Shown here: positions 9,728 through 20,493 of the stretch, piece after piece
Layout: each line of letters opens with the position of its first letter
Position numbering within the stretch: the stretch's first letter is position 1
Origin: Gammaproteobacteria bacterium
Lineage (GTDB): Bacteria > Pseudomonadota > Gammaproteobacteria > JAKEHO01
DNA: 64,000 nucleotides
Assembly: GCA_022614965.1 (NCBI GenBank)
Contig: JAKEHO010000017.1
Span: forward strand, 54,280 to 118,279
Reading direction: 5' to 3'
The notes under the pieces: generated by a model
Told to the model about the DNA's origin: nothing
The model's input: the letters and a program-made list of their open reading frames with translations, nothing else
The model's database searches: none
Made by a program: the position numbers and the translations under genes

Positions 9728-12700
9728 ATGGTCATGGGCCACACCGCGCATAAAAGCCTTTTTTCCGCTGAATTTCCCAGGAACCCTGGTGAACAGGGCT
9801 GCTGGGGAAGATTGTATGGGAGTAGCAAGGCTCTTGCCATGCGAGTGGCGGCAGAGCGTAATACCATCCCTATCGTTCTCGTCACGCCGGATAGCCTGAC
9901 GGCGAACCGCATCCAAAGTGAGCTGCAGTTCTTCAACAGCAGTAATGATGCGCTGCCAATTCTATCTTTTCCAGATTGGGAAACTCTTCCGTATGACCAG
10001 TTCTCTCCATATAGAGATATTGTCTCCGAGCGCATTGCGACGCTAACACGTCTGCCGTTACTGACCAGTGGCATCCTTGTGGTCCCCGTGACCACGCTCA
10101 TGCATCGAGTGGCGCCACGTGAGTATATTGATGCCAACAGCCTTTTAGTGTCGGTCGGCGATCGGTTAGAGATCGATAGATTCCGCTACCGCATATCTAG
10201 CGGAGGTTACAGCGGTGTATCACAGGTCATGGAACATGGTGACTTCGCAGTGCGTGGATCACTGATCGATATCTTCCCGATGGGCAGCGAACTACCTTAC
10301 CGGATCGATCTGTTCGATGAGGAAGTGGAAAGTATCCGCGTATTTGATCCGGAAACGCAGCGTTCCCAACAGACTGCCGAGTCCATTTACATATTGCCGG
10401 CCAGAGAGTTTCCTCTTACGGAGGAAGCGATTACTCGTTTCCGATCGCACTGGCGAAGTCGCTTTGAGGGCAATGCCGCGGCGTGCCCGATATACAGAGA
10501 TGTGAGTCAAGGACTTGCCCCGGCGGGCATTGAATACTACCTGCCATTGTTTTTTCCAGAGACGAATACGTTGTTTGATCACCTGCCTGATGCGTGCGTG
10601 ATTGTTGTTGATGATGACGTTGAACAGGCGAGTACCGGATTTTGGGATGATATTCGAGAGCGTTACGAGCAGGCTCGGCATGACAGAGAGCGGCCGCTGC
10701 TTCCCCCACATGAGGTTTTTCTACACCCGGACGAGCTGTGGACAGCGACAAAGTGCTTCCCGCGGCTATCGCTCAGCACGCTAGCACAGAAAGAGTTCGC
10801 GGGTGCTACGAACTTTGCCGTTAGCGCGCCCACTCAGCTTCCAATTGAGGCGCGCGCCCCCGATCCGCTCGCCGTAGTGAAACGCTTTCTAGCTGGATTC
10901 AACGGTCGCGTTCTGTTTGTCGCCGAGTCCAATGGCAGACGGGAGACCTTGCTGGAGCTCTTGTCTGAACATGCGCTCAGGCCCGTCTTGTTCGATACCT
11001 GGTCGGCATTTAGGGCAGATAATGCGCCGCTCGGTCTTACGGTCGCACCGTTAGAACAGGGGACGCAACTGGATAGCCCCCGGATTGCCGTTATCAGCGA
11101 GACCCAACTGTTCGGTGAGCGCGCTATGCAAAGGAGGCTCCGCAAGCGAGCCCAGCGCGACGCGGAACTCATCGTCCGTAACTTGACGGAGCTTACGATG
11201 GGGGCCCCCGTCGTTCACGAGGAGCACGGAGTAGGACGCTATCGGGGTTTGGTGACATTGGACGTGGATGATGTCAGGGCAGAGTTTATCTGCATCGAAT
11301 ATGCCCAGGGCGACAAGCTCTATGTGCCGGTATCGTCTCTGCATCTAATCAGCCGATATACAGGCGTCGATGGCGAGCATGCGCCTCTGCACAGATTGGG
11401 CAGCGCGCACTGGCAGCGCGCCAAACGCAAAGCAGCGGAGCGCGCTTATGATGTTGCGGCTGAACTCCTAGAATTGAATGCACGCCGCGCAGCCCGCTCT
11501 GGCTTTAGCTATACAGTGGATGAGGACGCTTACCGGGCCTACGTCCAAAGGTTTCCCTTCGAGGAAACTCCGGATCAATTGGCAGCGATACAAGCAGTGC
11601 TTGAAGATATGCAGGATGACAAACCGATGGACCGTCTTGTCTGTGGCGACCCGGGATTTGGCAAGACGGAGGTTGCCATGCGGGCTGCATTCGTAGCCGT
11701 ACAGGATGGGAAACAGGTTGCCATATTGGCACCCACCACACTGCTTGTTCAACAGCATTACCAGAATTTTCTTGACCGTTTTGCGGATTGGCCGGTACGC
11801 ATTGAACAGTTATCACGGTTTCGCTCACGTAAGGAACAGGATAGCGTAATTCAAGGACTCGCCACAGGTTCTGTTGACATTGTCATTGGAACGCACAAGC
11901 TGCTACAGGACACGACCCGGTTTAAACGCCTTGGCCTTGTCGTGATTGACGAAGAACACCGCTTCGGTGTGCGCCAGAAGGAAAAATTCAAAGCATTGCG
12001 CGCGGAGGTGGATCTGCTTACGCTCACTGCGACTCCAATCCCTCGCACCTTAAACATGGCATTATCCGGATTGCGCGAGCTTTCCATCATAGCGACTCCG
12101 CCATCCCGCCGCCTGGCCGTTAAGACATTCGTGCGGGAATGGAATGCGCCTCTTGCACGAGAGGCCGTGCTACGCGAGATCAAACGAGGGGGACAGGTGT
12201 ACTTTATTCATAATGAGATTCAATCTATCGGAAAGATTGCGAAGAAGGTGGAGACATCGGTCCCCGAGGCCCAGGTCCGCATTGCCCATGGCCAGATGCG
12301 TGAGAAGGAACTCGAGCAAGTAATGTCGGATTTTTATCATCGTCGGATCAACGTGCTTGTATGTACCACCATCGTTGAAACAGGCATCGATGTTCCAACG
12401 GCAAACACAATCATTATCGATCGCGCGGACAAGTTCGGCCTGGCCCAGCTCTATCAGCTGCGTGGCCGTGTTGGACGCGCTCACCATCGTGCCTATGCCT
12501 ATCTCATGGTTCCACCGCGTAACATGATGACAGCCGATGCTCATAAGCGACTTCAGGCCTTAGCGTCGCTTGAAGAACTGGGCGTAGGATTTACTCTGGC
12601 CACCCATGATCTTGAGATCCGAGGCGCAGGCGAGATTCTAGGTGAGGAACAGAGCGGTCATATCCAAGAGATCGGCTTCGGCCTTTATATGGACCTACTG

Positions 12701-13210
12701 GAACGCGCGGTCCAGGCGTTGCGCGCCGGCCGCCAGCCGGAGTTAGACCGTCCCCTTGATCATGGCGCGGAGATCGATCTTCACCTACCCGCGCTGATTC
12801 CCGAAGATTATCTTCCGGACGTTCATATGCGGCTTATTATGTACAAGCGTATAGCCAGCGCTAAAGATGACGATGAACTGACCGATTTGCAAGTAGAAAT
12901 GATTGATCGGTTCGGTTTACTGCCAGCTGCAGCAAAGAACCTAATCCGCATAACCGCTTTAAAGCTCAAAGCGAAGCCTTTGGGTATCCGTAAGATTGAC
13001 TTAGGTAAAGATGGTGGACGCATACGTTTCCATCCGCATCCTGCCATCGATCCAATGCGGGTTATGAAGTTGATCCAATCGCAGCCACAGACATATAAAC
13101 TGGACGGTCAGGATAAGTTGCGTATTATGAAAGACCTGCCCGATGGTGAAATGCGTGTGGAACTATTAGCCAATCTTTTCGAGCAGCTCGATACGCGAGA
13201 CGCTGCCTAA
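9728..13210 (+). CDS. mfd: transcription-repair coupling factor
   Basis: 1160 aa with UvrB-homology N-terminus, RNAP-interacting domain and SF2 helicase motifs (GDPGFGKTEVAMRAA; DEEHRFGV; TATPIPRT). Confidence 0.95.
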   Translation: MVMGHTAHKSLFSAEFPRNPGEQGCWGRLYGSSKALAMRVAAERNTIPIVLVTPDSLTANRIQSELQFFNSSNDALPILSFPDWETLPYDQFSPYRDIVSERIATLTRLPLLTSGILVVPVTTLMHRVAPREYIDANSLLVSVGDRLEIDRFRYRISSGGYSGVSQVMEHGDFAVRGSLIDIFPMGSELPYRIDLFDEEVESIRVFDPETQRSQQTAESIYILPAREFPLTEEAITRFRSHWRSRFEGNAAACPIYRDVSQGLAPAGIEYYLPLFFPETNTLFDHLPDACVIVVDDDVEQASTGFWDDIRERYEQARHDRERPLLPPHEVFLHPDELWTATKCFPRLSLSTLAQKEFAGATNFAVSAPTQLPIEARAPDPLAVVKRFLAGFNGRVLFVAESNGRRETLLELLSEHALRPVLFDTWSAFRADNAPLGLTVAPLEQGTQLDSPRIAVISETQLFGERAMQRRLRKRAQRDAELIVRNLTELTMGAPVVHEEHGVGRYRGLVTLDVDDVRAEFICIEYAQGDKLYVPVSSLHLISRYTGVDGEHAPLHRLGSAHWQRAKRKAAERAYDVAAELLELNARRAARSGFSYTVDEDAYRAYVQRFPFEETPDQLAAIQAVLEDMQDDKPMDRLVCGDPGFGKTEVAMRAAFVAVQDGKQVAILAPTTLLVQQHYQNFLDRFADWPVRIEQLSRFRSRKEQDSVIQGLATGSVDIVIGTHKLLQDTTRFKRLGLVVIDEEHRFGVRQKEKFKALRAEVDLLTLTATPIPRTLNMALSGLRELSIIATPPSRRLAVKTFVREWNAPLAREAVLREIKRGGQVYFIHNEIQSIGKIAKKVETSVPEAQVRIAHGQMREKELEQVMSDFYHRRINVLVCTTIVETGIDVPTANTIIIDRADKFGLAQLYQLRGRVGRAHHRAYAYLMVPPRNMMTADAHKRLQALASLEELGVGFTLATHDLEIRGAGEILGEEQSGHIQEIGFGLYMDLLERAVQALRAGRQPELDRPLDHGAEIDLHLPALIPEDYLPDVHMRLIMYKRIASAKDDDELTDLQVEMIDRFGLLPAAAKNLIRITALKLKAKPLGIRKIDLGKDGGRIRFHPHPAIDPMRVMKLIQSQPQTYKLDGQDKLRIMKDLPDGEMRVELLANLFEQLDTRDAA

Positions 13211-13212
13211 TC

Positions 13213-14031
13213 ATGGCGCTCACGGCTCGCATCATCTGCCTCTTAATCTGTCTCCTCGGCGCCCCGGTATGCGCGCCCGGGCAAATCTCTGCCGAGGAGG
13301 ATCTCTGGTATCAACTGGAACTCATCGTTTTCGAACAACTCAAGCCGGATGCCAACGGCGAATCGTGGCCGAGTAATCCCGGGTTTCCGGATCTTGACGG
13401 GAGTATCGAGTTGATTTCCGATGTCCCGGAATTCCTCGACGCCGACTCGCAAGGCAGCGGACAGTCCGCAGGACCCCCGGTGACTGTCCCCATGGCGTTT
13501 CATCCATTGCAGCCTAGCGAGCTTGGTCTTGCCGATGTAGAGGTTCTGCTCAAGAAGTCCTCACGCTACAATCCCATCTATCAGGTTGCTTGGCGGCAAC
13601 CCGAATTTGCGCCAGCTGATGCGCGTGCAGTTCATGTGGCGGCCACTGACATCGCGCCCCCTAGTGCGGGCGAAGTCGCGGTGGCCCCCGATCAAAGCGT
13701 TGATGAAGGCAAGGGACTCCATTCTCTCAGCGGCTTCGCTCCGGCAGATTCCGCACGGGTCGACGGTATCGTGCGCCTTAGAAAGACCAAATACCTGCAT
13801 GTGGACGTCGATCTCGTGTATTTCCTGCCTGAGTACCTACGCCACGATGCGATCGCGATGGGTGGAACGCACCTCTCAAGTGGGGCAGTTTTGACAGACC
13901 AGCAATCGATGTATGTCAGGCTGACTGAAAGCCGCAAGATTCGTGTTAATGAGCTGCACTATTTTGATCATCCTTTGTTCGGCGTCTTGCTGAAGGTCAC
14001 TCTTTATCAACCCGAAGGCGCTAGTCCTTAG
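13213..14031 (+). CDS. signal-peptide periplasmic protein, CsiV-like (peptidoglycan-associated) candidate
   Basis: 272 aa with an N-terminal signal peptide (LICLLGAPVCAPG). Lies immediately after mfd. In Vibrio cholerae, as I recall it, csiV is adjacent to mfd. No catalytic motif seen. Confidence 0.5.
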   Translation: MALTARIICLLICLLGAPVCAPGQISAEEDLWYQLELIVFEQLKPDANGESWPSNPGFPDLDGSIELISDVPEFLDADSQGSGQSAGPPVTVPMAFHPLQPSELGLADVEVLLKKSSRYNPIYQVAWRQPEFAPADARAVHVAATDIAPPSAGEVAVAPDQSVDEGKGLHSLSGFAPADSARVDGIVRLRKTKYLHVDVDLVYFLPEYLRHDAIAMGGTHLSSGAVLTDQQSMYVRLTESRKIRVNELHYFDHPLFGVLLKVTLYQPEGASP

Positions 14032-14078
14032 TTACGGTACGCTCGAGTCAAGCCGTTCCACTTGTCCGCTCAGAGCCA

Positions 14079-14819
14079 TTAGATTATCGGTATCGTGTTG
14101 GCGAGAACTCGGTGTATGTTCTCCATCGCGGCTGTGAGATTCGCCTCGATGGCCTGCATCGTGATCTTCTCATGGGAGCGCCCAGCGGCCCAGTTGGCGA
14201 CCACGGCGCAGGCGGCGTAACAGAGCCCCAACTCACGCGAGAGAGCTGCCTCCGGCATGCCGGTCATGCCGACCACGTCGCAGCCATCTCTTTCCATGCG
14301 CTCAATCTCCCTAGCGGTCTCAAGCCGTGGCCCTTGGGTAGCGCCGTATGTTGCCGAGTCGGCAGGCGCGAGTGCAGCCTTTCGGGCGGCACTAATCAAC
14401 GTGGCTCTCAGCTCCTCGCAATAGGGTTCGGTAAAATCGACATGCGTCAGTGCCGTGAGATCATCTTCAAAGAATGTATGGGCACGCGAGTGCGTGTAGT
14501 CGATGATTTGGTTGGGAAATACCAGGCGGCCGGGATACATCGTAGCGGTGATCCCTCCCACGGAGTTGATGCTAATAATTTTTTTTACGCCACTCTCCTT
14601 GAGTGCCCAAATATTCCCCCGGTAATTCACTCGATGGGGAGGGATGGTGGGCGGATTGCCGTGCCGGGCGAGAAAAATAACCTCCTTGCCACCGAAGCGC
14701 CCAAATACCAGCGCGGCTGACGGTTCACCGTAGGGCGTTTTCCAGGCCTCTTGCCGGGTGATCACGATCTCGTTGAGAAGAGTCAAGCCGGTCCCGCCAA
14801 TGATCGCAAGTTCAGTCAT
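14079..14819 (-). CDS. mtnP: S-methyl-5'-thioadenosine phosphorylase (PNP/MTAP family)
   Basis: 246 aa. IIGGTGL N-terminus, PNP_UDP_1 fold, MTAP-type phosphate-binding region. Confidence 0.8.
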   Translation of the reverse strand: MTELAIIGGTGLTLLNEIVITRQEAWKTPYGEPSAALVFGRFGGKEVIFLARHGNPPTIPPHRVNYRGNIWALKESGVKKIISINSVGGITATMYPGRLVFPNQIIDYTHSRAHTFFEDDLTALTHVDFTEPYCEELRATLISAARKAALAPADSATYGATQGPRLETAREIERMERDGCDVVGMTGMPEAALSRELGLCYAACAVVANWAAGRSHEKITMQAIEANLTAAMENIHRVLANTIPII

Positions 14820-15391
14820 GTTTCCTTCACTGCATAGATCCCTGGGGCGTTGCGTAGGTAACCCATGAAGTCCATGCCGTATCCAAACACATAACGATTG
14901 GGTACCGTGAGCCCAACAAAATCTGCTTGCTTGAGCCCAAGGCGTTCCACGGATTTCTCAAGCAGCACAGCCGTATACACTTTTTCTGCGCCTGCCTGCT
15001 TGCACTCCTCGACAATCGCTGCCAGCGACAGGCCCTCATCAAGTATGTCATCGACGATAAGGACGGTGCGTCCCGTCAGTGAGATCGCTGGACGCTTGAG
15101 CCATTGCAGTGCGCCTCCGGATGTCTTTTCACGGTAGCGCGTCGCATGCAGGTAGTCGACTTGCAATGGAAAACCGAGACGCATCAATAACTTGCCCGTT
15201 GGGACGATGCCACCAATCATGACACACAAGATCACCGGGTTTGAGTCCTTAAGGGTGTTTGTGAGGGCGTCTGCCAGCCTGTCAAGCGCTTGTTCGACCT
15301 GCTCTACGGTGTAGATAAGGTCGGCCGCCGCGAACGCAGCGGTGCTCGTTTGCAAACTCTCTAGTTGCGTTGATTGCTTTGGTCTGCTCAT
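14816..15391 (-). CDS. hpt: hypoxanthine-guanine phosphoribosyltransferase family protein
   Basis: 191 aa. Type I PRTase PRPP loop (VLIVDDILDEG). The stop overlaps the mtnP ATG (ATGA). Confidence 0.75.
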   Translation of the reverse strand: MSRPKQSTQLESLQTSTAAFAAADLIYTVEQVEQALDRLADALTNTLKDSNPVILCVMIGGIVPTGKLLMRLGFPLQVDYLHATRYREKTSGGALQWLKRPAISLTGRTVLIVDDILDEGLSLAAIVEECKQAGAEKVYTAVLLEKSVERLGLKQADFVGLTVPNRYVFGYGMDFMGYLRNAPGIYAVKET

Positions 15392-15565
15392 TTAGCCTGA
15401 CTATTATCCTTGCCAAGGCCTTCTTTTCCACCAGGATGTACGTGAACTCAAGACAAAATGCCAGCGGTTTAGCGCACCTTGCTGAGATCGCTGCGGATCG
15501 CATGAGCGCATAGGGCACGATTGAAGGCTAAACTCTACTGTAGGAGTATGGGTGGAGCTTCTTTA

Positions 15566-16921
15566 ATGGCTAGGGCCGGGCTGGCAATTTCCCTTTCGGC
15601 TGCCCTCGCATGGCAGGTCTTTGCAGGTGCTGAGCGTTACGCGACCATTTTGACGATCGATGATGCCATTGGGCCTGCGACAGGCGATTATGTGCACCGT
15701 GGGTTGGAGCAGGCTAGGGAAGGGGGCGCTGAATTGGTCATTATCCGCGTGGATACGCCGGGCGGCTTGGATACCGCGATGCGGGATATGATTCGCGACA
15801 TCATTGCTTCGCCTATTCCGGTCGTCGTATACGTCGCGCCTTCGGGCGCACGAGCCGCCAGCGCGGGGACCTACTTGCTGTATGCGGCCCACATCGCGGC
15901 GATGGCCCCGGGGACAAACCTAGGAGCCGCGACGCCAATCCAGCTTGGTGGAGTCCCGGATATAAGCCCACCAGAGGGCGCGGGCGAGAAAGAAAAAGAC
16001 AAGGATCAGGGCGCGGCGGATGATTCCGACAGTGCTATGCAGAAGAAGATTGTAAATGATGCGGTTGCGTACATTCGCAGCCTTGCGGAAATGCGGCACC
16101 GTAATGCGGAATGGGCAGAACAGGCGGTACGGGAAGCCGCAAGCCTGCCCGCCAAAGAGGCGTTGAGCCAAGGCGTAATCGACATCATGGCAGGGGACGT
16201 CTCTGAATTACTGTCAGAGCTGGATGGTCGTGAAGTAAATGTGTTGGGCCGAGACATCAAGTTGAGCACACAAGGCCTCATCACCCAGGCGATTGATCCA
16301 GACTGGCGAAGCCGCTTGCTAGCCGTCATCACGAATCCGAATGTGGCTTACATTCTCATGCTCTTGGGGGTCTATGGACTCATCTTTGAGCTGGCTAATC
16401 CCGGGGCCGTGCTACCGGGTGTGATGGGTGCCATCTGCCTGTTGCTGGCCCTGTATGCATTGCAGGTGTTGCCGGTTAATTACGCAGGGCTCGCGCTTAT
16501 CATTCTTGGAATCGTCTTTATGATCAGTGAGATGTTTGTTTCCAGCTTTGGCGTCTTGGGCATCGGTGGGGTCATTGCCTTTGTTATCGGTTCAGTCATC
16601 CTCTTTGATACTGATGGGGGGCAGCTCGCGATCTCCGTACCGTTAATTGGCACGTTGGCACTTGTCAGTGCAGGCTTTTTTATGGTCATTATGGGTATGG
16701 CCTTGAAGGTCCATCGACGTCCAGTGGTGAGCGGCATGGAAGAAATGGTCGGGATCCAAGGCGAGGTATTGGAGGATTTCAACGGCTCTGGACGTGTACG
16801 CGCCCACGGGGAGTCGTGGCAAGCTCGCTCTGACTCGCCCCTTCGGCGTGGGCAAAGAGTACGGATCACCCGACTCGAAGGGCTAACCCTGGTTGTGGAG
16901 CCAATCAACAAGGAGCATTGA
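15566..16921 (+). CDS. NfeD-family membrane-bound ClpP-class serine protease
   Basis: ClpP-like N-terminal domain ([17 protein letters not shown]), multi-TM middle, C-terminal OB/beta domain. Start chosen at the ATG with a GGAG 8 nt upstream. The track ORF begins at a TTG at 15521. Confidence 0.85.
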   Translation: MARAGLAISLSAALAWQVFAGAERYATILTIDDAIGPATGDYVHRGLEQAREGGAELVIIRVDTPGGLDTAMRDMIRDIIASPIPVVVYVAPSGARAASAGTYLLYAAHIAAMAPGTNLGAATPIQLGGVPDISPPEGAGEKEKDKDQGAADDSDSAMQKKIVNDAVAYIRSLAEMRHRNAEWAEQAVREAASLPAKEALSQGVIDIMAGDVSELLSELDGREVNVLGRDIKLSTQGLITQAIDPDWRSRLLAVITNPNVAYILMLLGVYGLIFELANPGAVLPGVMGAICLLLALYALQVLPVNYAGLALIILGIVFMISEMFVSSFGVLGIGGVIAFVIGSVILFDTDGGQLAISVPLIGTLALVSAGFFMVIMGMALKVHRRPVVSGMEEMVGIQGEVLEDFNGSGRVRAHGESWQARSDSPLRRGQRVRITRLEGLTLVVEPINKEH

Positions 16922-16922
16922 T

Positions 16923-17690
16923 ATGATCGCATTGATCACGATCGTCGTTACAACAGTCTTAGTGTTATGGCTGTCATTAAATGTACTCCGCGAGTACGAG
17001 CGTGGCGTGGTGTTTCTGCTCGGACGTTTTCAGCGGGTTAAGGGGCCTGGACTCATTATAATTATCCCGGGCATTCAGCAGATGGAACGCGTTGATCTCC
17101 GAACGGTCGTGATGGATGTGCCGAGCCAGGACGTGATCTCAAGGGATAACGTATCAGTCAAAGTAAACGCCGTAATTTACTTTCGCGTGATCGATCCAGA
17201 AAAGTCAATCATTCAGGTCGAGAATTTTCATGCCGCTACCAGTCAGCTTGCCCAAACGACCCTACGCTCTGTCCTTGGCCAGCACGATCTGGACGAGATG
17301 CTCGCAGAACGGGAAAAACTCAACATCGACATTCAACAGATCCTGGATCATCAGACGGATGCTTGGGGCATCAAGGTCAGTAATGTGGAGATCAAACACG
17401 TGGATCTCAATGAGAGCATGATCCGCGCGATCGCCAAGCAGGCCGAAGCGGAACGAGAGCGCAGGGCAAAGGTGATCCACGCCGAGGGCGAACTGCAAGC
17501 ATCGGAGAAACTGTTCCAGGCGGCACAGGTCCTGTCACAGAATCCGCAGTCGTTACAGCTGCGTTACCTTCAAACGCTAACAGAAATTGCTGGCGAAAAG
17601 AGTTCGACGATTGCGTTTCCTATACCGATCGATATTCTCAAGCCATTCATGGATCTGGCGGCGAAGAAAGGCAGCGGGGGCGACGCCTGA
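16923..17690 (+). CDS. SPFH/band-7 (stomatin-like) protein
   Basis: Single N-terminal TM helix then an SPFH domain. The ATG lies 7 nt after AGGAG and 1 nt after the nfeD stop. This is the canonical NfeD-stomatin operon pairing. Confidence 0.85.
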   Translation: MIALITIVVTTVLVLWLSLNVLREYERGVVFLLGRFQRVKGPGLIIIIPGIQQMERVDLRTVVMDVPSQDVISRDNVSVKVNAVIYFRVIDPEKSIIQVENFHAATSQLAQTTLRSVLGQHDLDEMLAEREKLNIDIQQILDHQTDAWGIKVSNVEIKHVDLNESMIRAIAKQAEAERERRAKVIHAEGELQASEKLFQAAQVLSQNPQSLQLRYLQTLTEIAGEKSSTIAFPIPIDILKPFMDLAAKKGSGGDA

Positions 17691-17773
17691 TCTTGCTTTT
17701 TTCGCGGGCAAGCAAGCCGTACAAGCGGATCCCTCGAGCGGAGGCGCGCTGTGTGTGGGCTGCACCTCGCTGA

Positions 17774-18781
17774 GTGGGCCGGGACCGGTTCCACCTTTGC
17801 TGGCGCTTCAGTACGGCTGCTGTGACGGACGAGGCTGCAGGTGTCTGCGTTTATATCGGCGAAGCGCTCGGCAGCTATGGCTTCGGGGACGCTCACCCCT
17901 TCAGCCGAGAGCGACTCGATGTCTTCACGCGAGCGCTCGCTGCAGCGGGTCTCGACCAGCAGGTTCGGCTATGCAAGCCAGTCAAGGCAGAGCGGGCCAC
18001 CATTGAACGGTTCCACAGCGCTCAGTATGTAAACCGGGTTATCCATCAGTCAGCTACCGGCGAGGGATTCTTGGATTTTGGTGATACGCCGGCATTTCCA
18101 GGCATTTTTGATGCGGCTTCTTTTGTTGTGGGAAGCACGCTAAATGCCCTCGACAAGATAATGCACGGTAGTTGCCGACGTGCATTTGTGCCTATCGCAG
18201 GATTGCATCACGCACGCAGGGATTCCGCTGCTGGGTTTTGTGTCTTCAATGACTGTGGCGTGGCCATTGAGACATTGCTATCGATGTATGGACAGACCCG
18301 GATTGCCTATGTGGATATCGACGCGCATCACGGGGATGGTGTGTTCTATGCTTTTGAAGACAATCCGAGCGTGTTTTTCGCTGATTTACATGAGGACGGA
18401 CGCTATCTTTTCCCAGGTACGGGTGGTGCCGATGAAACAGGTCGAGGAAAGGCAGCTGGGACAAAACTAAACATTCCCATGCCGCCCTATTCAACAGATG
18501 AGGAGTTTATGCAAGCTTGGGATCGCGTCGAAGCATTTCTCCATGAGGCGCAGCCCTCTTTCATATTGCTTCAGTGCGGTGCCGACAGCCTTGCCGGTGA
18601 TCCCATAACTCATATGCAATATTCAGCTGCCGCCCATGCACATGCAGCCACGCAACTGTGCAAATTGGCTGATCAGTACTGCGAAGGGCGGGTACTGGCA
18701 ATGGGTGGTGGCGGCTACAATCATAATAATATTGCCCGGGCATGGACAGCGGTGGTGCGCGCCTTTGTTGGGAACTTGTGA
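17774..18781 (+). CDS. histone deacetylase / AcuC / acetylpolyamine amidohydrolase superfamily protein
   Basis: Zn-deacetylase motifs (DIDAHHGDG; GGGGYN). The start is uncertain: there is no in-frame ATG before the catalytic core. The GTG at 17774 or the GTG at about 17822 are candidates. Confidence 0.7.
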   Translation: MGRDRFHLCWRFSTAAVTDEAAGVCVYIGEALGSYGFGDAHPFSRERLDVFTRALAAAGLDQQVRLCKPVKAERATIERFHSAQYVNRVIHQSATGEGFLDFGDTPAFPGIFDAASFVVGSTLNALDKIMHGSCRRAFVPIAGLHHARRDSAAGFCVFNDCGVAIETLLSMYGQTRIAYVDIDAHHGDGVFYAFEDNPSVFFADLHEDGRYLFPGTGGADETGRGKAAGTKLNIPMPPYSTDEEFMQAWDRVEAFLHEAQPSFILLQCGADSLAGDPITHMQYSAAAHAHAATQLCKLADQYCEGRVLAMGGGGYNHNNIARAWTAVVRAFVGNL

Positions 18782-19027
18782 CGACGCTTTGAATCCATCC
18801 GGCCACTGTTTCAGCTGCTCACTCTGGGCCCCTAATCTATCCGATTGAAAGAGATGCAGAGCGGGCTGCTATACACAAGCGGTCATTCTCTGATAGGCTT
18901 ATACGGGTATCTTTCCCATGAAATCTTGTCCTTGGTTGACGCGCGCTCCGCTGCGTCGGTGCCTCTAAGATGCGTCGGGGACCTCGGCCTATTAGTCTTG
19001 CCAATTAACGATAAAGAGAGGACAACC

Positions 19028-20320
19028 ATGTTCACCAGTGAGATGCAGATCGCAGGTTTCGATGATGCGCTTTACCGTGCAATTCAAGGCGAGAGACAAC
19101 GCCAAGAAGAGCACATTGAACTGATCGCCTCTGAAAACTATACCAGCCCCCGGGTTCTCGAGGCACAGGGCTCCGTTCTGACGAACAAATATGCTGAAGG
19201 ATACCCCGCTAAGCGCTATTACGGCGGCTGCGAATATGTCGATATTGTCGAGCAACTCGCGATTGATCGGGCAAAAGAACTGTTTGGTGCCGATTTCGCG
19301 AACGTACAACCGCATTCCGGATCACAAGCTAACGGTGCTGTTTATCTTTCACTGATCCAGCCAGGCGATACGATCATGGGGATGAGCTTGGCCGATGGTG
19401 GTCATCTAACCCACGGGGCAAAGGTCAATGTCTCAGGGAAGATTTACCATTCGGTCCTTTATGGGCTTAATCCTGAGACCGGCGAGATCGATTACGATGC
19501 CGCGGAAAGACTAGCCGTTGAAAACAAACCCAAGTTAATTATGACTGGGTTTTCCGCCTATTCACGAATATTGGACTGGCAACGATTTCGCGACATTGCC
19601 GATGGCGTGGGAGCCTACCTTGTTTCCGACATCGCCCATGTGGCGGGGCTGGTGGCGGTCGGGCTTTACCCGAGCCCGGTGCAGATTGCAGATGTCACCA
19701 CGACAACTACGCACAAGACGCTGCGTGGACCACGTTCAGGTTTGATTCTCGCTAAGAGTAATCCGGATATCGAAAAGAAGATCAATTCCATGGTGTTTCC
19801 GGGATATCAGGGTGGCCCGTTGATGCACGTCATCGCGGCCAAGGCGGTGGCATTCAAGGAAGCGATGCAGCCTGAATTCAGAGTGTATCAACAGCAGATA
19901 GTGACAAATGCAAGAATCATGGCCAGTACCTTCATGGACCGGGGTTACAAGGTGGTATCCGGTGGGACTGACAACCACCTGTTCTTGGTTGACCTGGTCG
20001 ATAAGGGGATTACCGGCAAGGATGCAGACGCCGCGCTCGGGCAGGCCAACATCACGGTAAACAAGAATGCGGTGCCCAATGATCCTCAATCGCCATTTGT
20101 GACTAGTGGGATCCGTGTCGGGACGCCCGCAATGACCACACGTGGATTTAAAGAGGGCGAAGCGAAAGTACTTGCCGGTTGGATGTGCGACGTATTGGAT
20201 AATATTCGCAACGAAGCCACGATACAGCGAGTGAAAAAGCAGGTGCTCAATATCTGCAAGCGATATCCGGTCTATGGCGAATCAAGTCGGAAAAAGGGCC
20301 GAGAAGTAGGCGCAATGTAA
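19028..20320 (+). CDS. glyA: serine hydroxymethyltransferase
   Basis: Core starts [16 protein letters not shown], with SHMT PLP-lysine region ([12 protein letters not shown]). Start set at the internal ATG preceded by GAGAGGA. The track ORF is extended 61 codons upstream. Confidence 0.92.
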   Translation: MFTSEMQIAGFDDALYRAIQGERQRQEEHIELIASENYTSPRVLEAQGSVLTNKYAEGYPAKRYYGGCEYVDIVEQLAIDRAKELFGADFANVQPHSGSQANGAVYLSLIQPGDTIMGMSLADGGHLTHGAKVNVSGKIYHSVLYGLNPETGEIDYDAAERLAVENKPKLIMTGFSAYSRILDWQRFRDIADGVGAYLVSDIAHVAGLVAVGLYPSPVQIADVTTTTTHKTLRGPRSGLILAKSNPDIEKKINSMVFPGYQGGPLMHVIAAKAVAFKEAMQPEFRVYQQQIVTNARIMASTFMDRGYKVVSGGTDNHLFLVDLVDKGITGKDADAALGQANITVNKNAVPNDPQSPFVTSGIRVGTPAMTTRGFKEGEAKVLAGWMCDVLDNIRNEATIQRVKKQVLNICKRYPVYGESSRKKGREVGAM

Positions 20321-20331
20321 CAAGCAACATC

Positions 20332-20350
20332 CTGCGATTACGATTCGCAG
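20332..20350 (+). terminator. short perfect palindrome after glyA (weak terminator or operator candidate)
   Basis: CTGCGA-TTACGAT-TCGCAG hairpin 12 nt past the glyA stop, with no U-tract. Confidence 0.2.
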
Positions 20351-20493
20351 AATGCGTTGAGCCGTTCAGCCATTGCGAGCCTGATTTACGCTGGATCCGT
20401 GTGGGCGGGTAAGGAGTCAGTTGCCCAGGCCTACTCCGATTGACGTGAACTATTACGATTGACGCGTGATTCCCTACGCACGATGTAGACTGT

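Noticed and set aside
18782-19027. ZTP (pfl) or THF riboswitch upstream of glyA.
   Set aside because: The conserved ZTP cores (UGACUGGCG..., CCGCCUGGGCA) are not present. This was checked by eye only, so an Infernal scan could still overturn it.
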